DNA from: Nitrospirota bacterium
Lineage (GTDB): Bacteria; Nitrospirota; Nitrospiria; Nitrospirales; Nitrospiraceae
Length of the DNA stretch: 64,000 bases
Direction of reading: 5' to 3'
NCBI GenBank assembly: GCA_963701855.1
Contig: CAVPBK010000015.1
Span: 1 to 64,000, forward strand
Shown piece by piece: positions 59,456 to 64,000 of this stretch (positions are counted from its first letter, which is position 1; each line of letters starts with the position of its first letter). Below the pieces are notes generated by a model. It had not been told where the DNA came from, did not search any database, and saw only the letters and a program-made list of their open reading frames with translations. Position numbers and translations under genes: made by a program.

Positions 59456-59601
59456 GCTTGGCTGGCCGAGAAAATTGAACAGTCAATCGCCATCTTACGC
59501 ATCACCCTTAGGCGACTTTCTGCGGCGGGAGCCTGTGATGATTTTCTCCAAGGGTACTCATCTTGTTTTTGCCTCATTCTGCGTCGGAGTCTATGTGGGG
59601 C

Positions 59602-59617
59602 TGGCACGGGGTATGCG
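59602..59617 (+). promoter_or_regulatory. Probable sigma54 promoter upstream of amoC copy 2
   Basis: TGGCACGGGGTATGCG, GG-N10-GC. Confidence 0.55.
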
Positions 59618-59778
59618 TGTACGTGCCGATAAAATGTGGAGACAGTCTTGTTGACTTTCGTTCAAGAGGGGTTATACGTTGAAATTGTACGTACAACGAT
59701 TCATGTGAAAGGGGACAGCCCCCGTACGCACTGTCAGTGCAATCCCCGAGGTCACTCCGAACCAAGGAGGAGGTGGAT

Positions 59779-59847
59779 ATGATGGCAGACTTTAGTCCAC
59801 CAGACCACAACGGCCCGCCGAGTCATGGGCGGGCTTCTCGTCAGTAG
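59779..59847 (+). CDS. Putative 22-aa leader peptide (uORF) in the amoC copy 2 leader
   Basis: AAGGAGGAGGTG RBS, then MMADFSPPDHNGPPSHGRASRQ*. Confidence 0.4.
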   Translation: MMADFSPPDHNGPPSHGRASRQ

Positions 59848-60076
59848 GCTAGCCAGTTCTACAGCGGCTCTTGTCTTGGCGTGCAGGCAACATCCATAAC
59901 ATATCGATGAGCCGTTGTAGGGCACCTGGGCAGGCAGGTTGAACACCAGCGGCTTCACAGAGCCGCGTCTCTTCTGACGGGTCGCCTTTTAATCCTATTC
60001 CTCGCACGGGTTTTCGTTACCAACTCACAGGTGTGTGTCTTGCGTACGTGACGTACGTGAGAAGGAGGTAAGGAAC

Positions 60077-60874
60077 ATGTCTAGTACAACATGGGGAGGT
60101 ACCGACCGTGGGTATGATATGTCTCTCTGGTACGATTCCAGACCCCTCAAGATCGGCTGGTTCGCAATGTTGTTCGCGGTGGGCGCCGAGGTCGTGTTTC
60201 AGCGTCTGTTCGGCTACTCTCACGGCTTGGACTCGATGACGCCAGAGTTCGAAAACGTCTGGATGGGGCTGTGGAAGTTCAACGTGATTTCCAACATTAT
60301 CAACGCGTCCGTGATCCTGGGGTGGCTTTGGAGTACGCGGGATCGCAACTTGGCCAACTTGGACCCTAAGACAGAGCTGAAGCGGTATTTTTACTGGATG
60401 ATGTGGCTCGCGGTGTATGTGTTCGGTGTGTATTGGGCGGGGAGTTATACGCTCGAGCAGGACGCGTCGTGGCATCAGGTGATCATCCGCGATACGAGTT
60501 TCACGGCTAGCCATATCATCGCCTTCTATTTCACCTTCCCGCTCTACATCACTATGGGCGTCGCGAGTTACCTCTATGCCATGACCCGGTTGCCGCAGTT
60601 CAGTAAGGCGGTCTCATTCCCCTTGGTGGGGGCAATCGTGGGGCCGATGATGATTCTTCCCAACGTGGGCCTCAATGAGTGGGGCCATGCGTTCTGGTTC
60701 GTCGATGAACTCTTTGCGGCGCCGTTGCACTGGGGCTTTGTGACCCTGGGCTGGTGCGGGTTGTTCGGGGGCACGGGGGGCGTGGCGGCGCAGATCGTGG
60801 CGCGCATGTCCAATCTGTGCGATGTGGTTTGGAACAACGAGAGCAAGGATTGTTTGCACGTGATTCCGTACTAG
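60077..60874 (+). CDS. amoC: Ammonia monooxygenase subunit C, stand-alone copy 2
   Basis: Same motifs as copy 1; RBS AAGGAGGT; start MSSTTWGG. Confidence 0.95.
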   Translation: MSSTTWGGTDRGYDMSLWYDSRPLKIGWFAMLFAVGAEVVFQRLFGYSHGLDSMTPEFENVWMGLWKFNVISNIINASVILGWLWSTRDRNLANLDPKTELKRYFYWMMWLAVYVFGVYWAGSYTLEQDASWHQVIIRDTSFTASHIIAFYFTFPLYITMGVASYLYAMTRLPQFSKAVSFPLVGAIVGPMMILPNVGLNEWGHAFWFVDELFAAPLHWGFVTLGWCGLFGGTGGVAAQIVARMSNLCDVVWNNESKDCLHVIPY

Positions 60875-60937
60875 ATCGTGCAGACAGCTTTGGTGAGCTG
60901 GAAATAGAGAGGCCGTCGGTGTCCTCGTCGTTATCAT

Positions 60938-60980
60938 CGGGCGACCTCCTGCCTAGGGGGTCGCCCGTGTTGTTTATTTT
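60938..60980 (+). terminator. Intrinsic terminator after amoC copy 2
   Basis: CGGGCGACCTCCT-GCCT-AGGGGGTCGCCCG then TGTTGTTTATTTT; homologous to the copy 1 terminator. Confidence 0.75.
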
Positions 60981-61184
60981 GAAAAAGGAGCCCGAACCCG
61001 GCGGGGCGTTGCGCCCTGGTCATTCCACGACCTACAGCGTATAGCCTGACGCGTTGCGCAGCAGGGTGCTGGCATAGCAAGGGGCTCGGGCAGAGTCTTC
61101 AGAGTCATCGACGGCGATCAAGATTCGTGCGAGAAGATTATTCCCGCGAGGAGTTTCGTTGGGAGAGGATGCGACATCATAAAG

Positions 61185-61424
61185 TCACCAGACTTCTGTG
61201 GGGGAACGATGGAATTTCGCGACCACAGGAAACACGAGTGCGGCAACATCCCAGTAGCGCATGCGGATCGCGTTCGAATGGGTCCCGGCTTGGAATACGA
61301 TTTCCTCGTCTTCCGTGAGCGATCGATCGACATACACAGGGAGCCTCTAGAGGTTGCCGAAGGGCGGCATGGCGCCCAACTCGCAGTCGGGAAACAGGCC
61401 TGTGATCTCATCCTCAGTTGCGAC
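61185..61424 (-). pseudogene. YbaK/ProX deacylase C-terminal remnant
   Basis: ATEDEITGLFPDCELGAMPPFGNL*RLPVYVDRSLTEDEEIVFQAGTH..AIRM; internal TAG at 61347-61349; N-half missing. Confidence 0.85.
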
Positions 61425-61452
61425 CTTTCTCTGAGGATCGTATGATAGGGCC

Positions 61453-62187
61453 ATGACTTTGGAACCTGTCACGCGCATCAAATCGAAGACGCCCGTGCCC
61501 TACGAACTCACGGCTATTCATCACGATACCCACGACACGAAGACCTTTTGCTTTGCCTTGCCTGACGACGCCACGTTGGACATGCTGCCCGGCGATTATC
61601 TTTACGTCCACGCGACGATCGATGGAAAAACAGTGAAACGGCCCTACACGCCCTCGTCGATGCCCGGCGCCACTGGGTACTTCGACTTGACGGTCAAGCG
61701 GTACGAAACTGGCACGATTTCGAAGTATCTCCATGAGCGGGAGCCAGGAGATATCGTGCTGATGAGCGGGCCGAATCCTGGCGGCCATTGGGTAGACGGA
61801 ATGGCGAAGCAGGTGGGGTTTGTGGCTGGCGGCACTGGCATCACCCCGATGATTGCCATCATTCGCTGGACTCTTGCCAAGAGCCTCCCTGTTGAGTTGT
61901 TTCTGGTCTTTGCCAACAAGGCCGAGGCCGACATCATCTTTCGAGACGAATGGGACGAGGATGCGCGCGAACACGCGAGCTTCAATTGCTATCACGTTCT
62001 TGAGCAGCCACCTACAGGCTGGTCGCAGGGCACAGGCCGTATCACTGAGGACATTCTGCGAGGGCATCTTCCGCCGCCCGCTTCTGACACCGTGATCTTT
62101 CTCTGTGGCCCCCCGGCGATGGTCGATGCGCTGGAAGCCACTCTCAAATCGATCGGACATTCAGGGCAAGCCATCATTCTTCCATAA
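61453..62187 (+). CDS. Cytochrome-b5-reductase-like FAD/NADH oxidoreductase
   Basis: KRPYTP, VKRY..G..S, AGGTGITPM, FAN, LCGPP.M. Confidence 0.88.
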   Translation: MTLEPVTRIKSKTPVPYELTAIHHDTHDTKTFCFALPDDATLDMLPGDYLYVHATIDGKTVKRPYTPSSMPGATGYFDLTVKRYETGTISKYLHEREPGDIVLMSGPNPGGHWVDGMAKQVGFVAGGTGITPMIAIIRWTLAKSLPVELFLVFANKAEADIIFRDEWDEDAREHASFNCYHVLEQPPTGWSQGTGRITEDILRGHLPPPASDTVIFLCGPPAMVDALEATLKSIGHSGQAIILP

Positions 62188-62331
62188 CTACTCCAACGTG
62201 CAGATTTTTCCTCTCTAGCCTCTGGCAATTGGGCTTGAACTCGCCCTGGTAACCCCCTGGTATCGGGTGATTCAAAGAAGGATAATACATTCATCGTTGC
62301 ACTGGTCGCTTTCACTTCCCGGGAGGCCGCT

Positions 62332-62817
62332 ATGCGAATCCTTCTAGCCGTCGACGAGTCCGAGAACTCCCATCGCGTTGTCCAGTATGTTGGATCTCTC
62401 CTGGGCCGAACACCAGATGTCGTCGTCACCCTCTTTCATGTGCTCAAGCCCATGCCCCGAGAGTTGTTGGAGCATGGCGGATCGGAGAATCCTGCCGCTG
62501 AGGAGGAATTGAGCGTGCAGTTGCGCAATGATCAGGATGCCTGGATTCGCAAGGAACGGGAATCCGAGTGCCATGTTCTGAAGAAGGCGTGCGAGATGCT
62601 GATAGAGGCAGGATTCGACACGAGCCACTTGGCGGTGAAGTATGGCCATGAGGATGATATTGCCAGAAATATTCTCGAAGAGGCGCGAATCGGATGTTAC
62701 GACACCATCGTCATGGGGCGGCAGGGGACATCCCGAATCAAGCAGATCTTCGGCGGCGGCGTGACCGATCAATTACTGCGTGACGCAAAGGGCTTTGCGA
62801 TTTGGGTGGTGGAGTGA
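62332..62817 (+). CDS. Universal stress protein (USP), close paralogue of 42659-43156
   Basis: Near-identical N- and C-terminal sequence. Confidence 0.88.
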   Translation: MRILLAVDESENSHRVVQYVGSLLGRTPDVVVTLFHVLKPMPRELLEHGGSENPAAEEELSVQLRNDQDAWIRKERESECHVLKKACEMLIEAGFDTSHLAVKYGHEDDIARNILEEARIGCYDTIVMGRQGTSRIKQIFGGGVTDQLLRDAKGFAIWVVE

Positions 62818-62971
62818 AACGGTCAATGCCTCTCATATTGAGCAAGAGCTTGCCGCGAGAAGAAACGGAGCCGGGAGTTTCTGTTGGAGTGCCTCGTTTC
62901 GTGTGCGGCATTGCGTGGTTGCTCCTGCCTCGGTAAAATCACCCGCGTTGATCTTTTCTCCGAGACTGGCT

Positions 62972-63030
62972 GATCCCACGTGGTATTTCGCTTACGCATC
63001 GAATATGAATCGTCGCAAATTGAAGGAGAA
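62972..63030 (+). pseudogene. Possible 5' remnant of a gamma-glutamylcyclotransferase gene
   Basis: DPTWYFAYASNMN resembles the GGCT YFAYGSNM motif; short, with no continuation. Confidence 0.4.
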
Positions 63031-63045
63031 TCGTCATAGCTGCCA

Positions 63046-63461
63046 TTGGCGTACGTTTCGGCTTTCTGGTCACTGGTCACACTCCTCTTTCTGAGTTGTG
63101 TCTCAGCGTCTGCGAAGTGGGTGGTTGTGGAGAAAGACTATTTGTTGCCAGGGCTACAGACTGTATATATCGATCCAGACACCATTCACAGAGAGGGGAG
63201 TCGGGTGACGATGCGGCAATTAATTAACTTTAAGCGGATGCAAGGGAGTGCGAGAGGACCCACCAAATTTTTGTCTATGGAGATGTACAAACAATTCGAT
63301 TGTATGGAAAAGCGCTTTCGATTGTTTGCCTTCACGGGTTCTCAGGCCGTTTGGCAACCGGTATATCGGCTAATGGATAGGTAGAGAAGGACAACTGGAT
63401 ACCGGTTGAACCAGAGAGCATTAACCAAGCTCTATGGGAAGTGGTCTGCGGTAAAGAGTGA
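63046..63461 (+). pseudogene. Surface-adhesin-E-like secreted protein, disrupted
   Basis: A.WV, VYIDPDTI, QFDC.E.RFR; C-terminus WIPVEPESINQALWEVVCGKE in another frame after about 63340, with an internal TAG. Confidence 0.65.
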
Positions 63462-63647
63462 TCACACGACTGCTAGCAATCTTTGGCATAGAAGGTCACC
63501 CGCGATTACAGCATAGGGTCAACTGGTTCTGCCACTTGTCCCGAGGCATATGAGGCAGGGAATGATACAGAGCCTAAAGAAGTGCCGGTATGTGAGAAAA
63601 GGCGGCCTAGCCTTCCCTTTCCCAGTCCCCTGTGGATTCTGCCATTT

Positions 63648-64000
63648 CTATGTCTTCAACTTCCCGAAGATGCCTAGTGGCGAATAGAGGGTATACCGCC
63701 AACTACTTGGGCCAAAGGAATAAAACGTGTATGCCCAGATAGCCACATCGGTCAGGTTGCCCCATTCGGCCTTTCCCTGCCACGCATGATACACCACTAA
63801 CAAAATGCCTATGATAGAAATAAAGCGAAGGAGATGGCAGCCCACCGACAGCCGAAGAAGAGAGAGCGCCGTGGCTCCCATGAGACCGCCAGCGAACAAA
63901 TCCGATGCGAAGAGGGCACCATCGGTAAGATCTCTAGAAAAAAAATGCCATGCTCCCATCCACATGAGGAGAACATGAAAACCCCACCACGTAATCGTCC
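63648..64000 (-). CDS. Hypothetical membrane protein, 3' part
   Basis: Hydrophobic open frame running off the window edge. Confidence 0.5.
   Translation of the reverse strand, partial: TITWWGFHVLLMWMGAWHFFSRDLTDGALFASDLFAGGLMGATALSLLRLSVGCHLLRFISIIGILLVVYHAWQGKAEWGNLTDVAIWAYTFYSFGPSSWRYTLYSPLGIFGKLKT

Noticed and set aside
57376..60874. pmoC (methane monooxygenase) assignment
   Set aside because: [21 protein letters not shown] and WFVDELF variants, plus the surrounding gene families, fit comammox Nitrospira AmoC better; needs phylogeny for certainty

Overview
This window looks like chromosomal DNA of a Nitrospira, most likely a complete ammonia oxidiser (comammox). The evidence is two stand-alone amoC paralogues of the comammox type plus several small families I associate with Nitrospira (Zn-ribbon, PilZ-like, USP, CBS); the taxonomy is inferred, not searched. 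It is an accessory-rich region with no rRNA, tRNA or CRISPR array seen. From left to right: cfa (partial) and a fatty-acid desaturase; a B12-riboswitch-controlled, full-length nrdA whose radical cysteine is Ser and which has no nrdB; a beta-propeller/MoaD/methyltransferase/TfoX operon; a TetR unit with two operators; a di-haem protein plus vanadium haloperoxidase; and many single accessory genes. These are followed by a low-GC ABC-ATPase + TOPRIM pair (possible defence), an unannotated TA-like pair, a CHASE3-PAS kinase with a UvrY-like regulator, a CzcCBA-type efflux locus, and the two amoC genes with different upstream regulation. The most striking non-coding signal is a family of about 100-150 bp hairpin elements. 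Their stems co-vary between copies, all lie on the + strand, they nest inside each other's loops up to three levels deep, and they supply the 3' ends of neighbouring genes. Several genes carry single frameshifts, which may be decay or assembly error.
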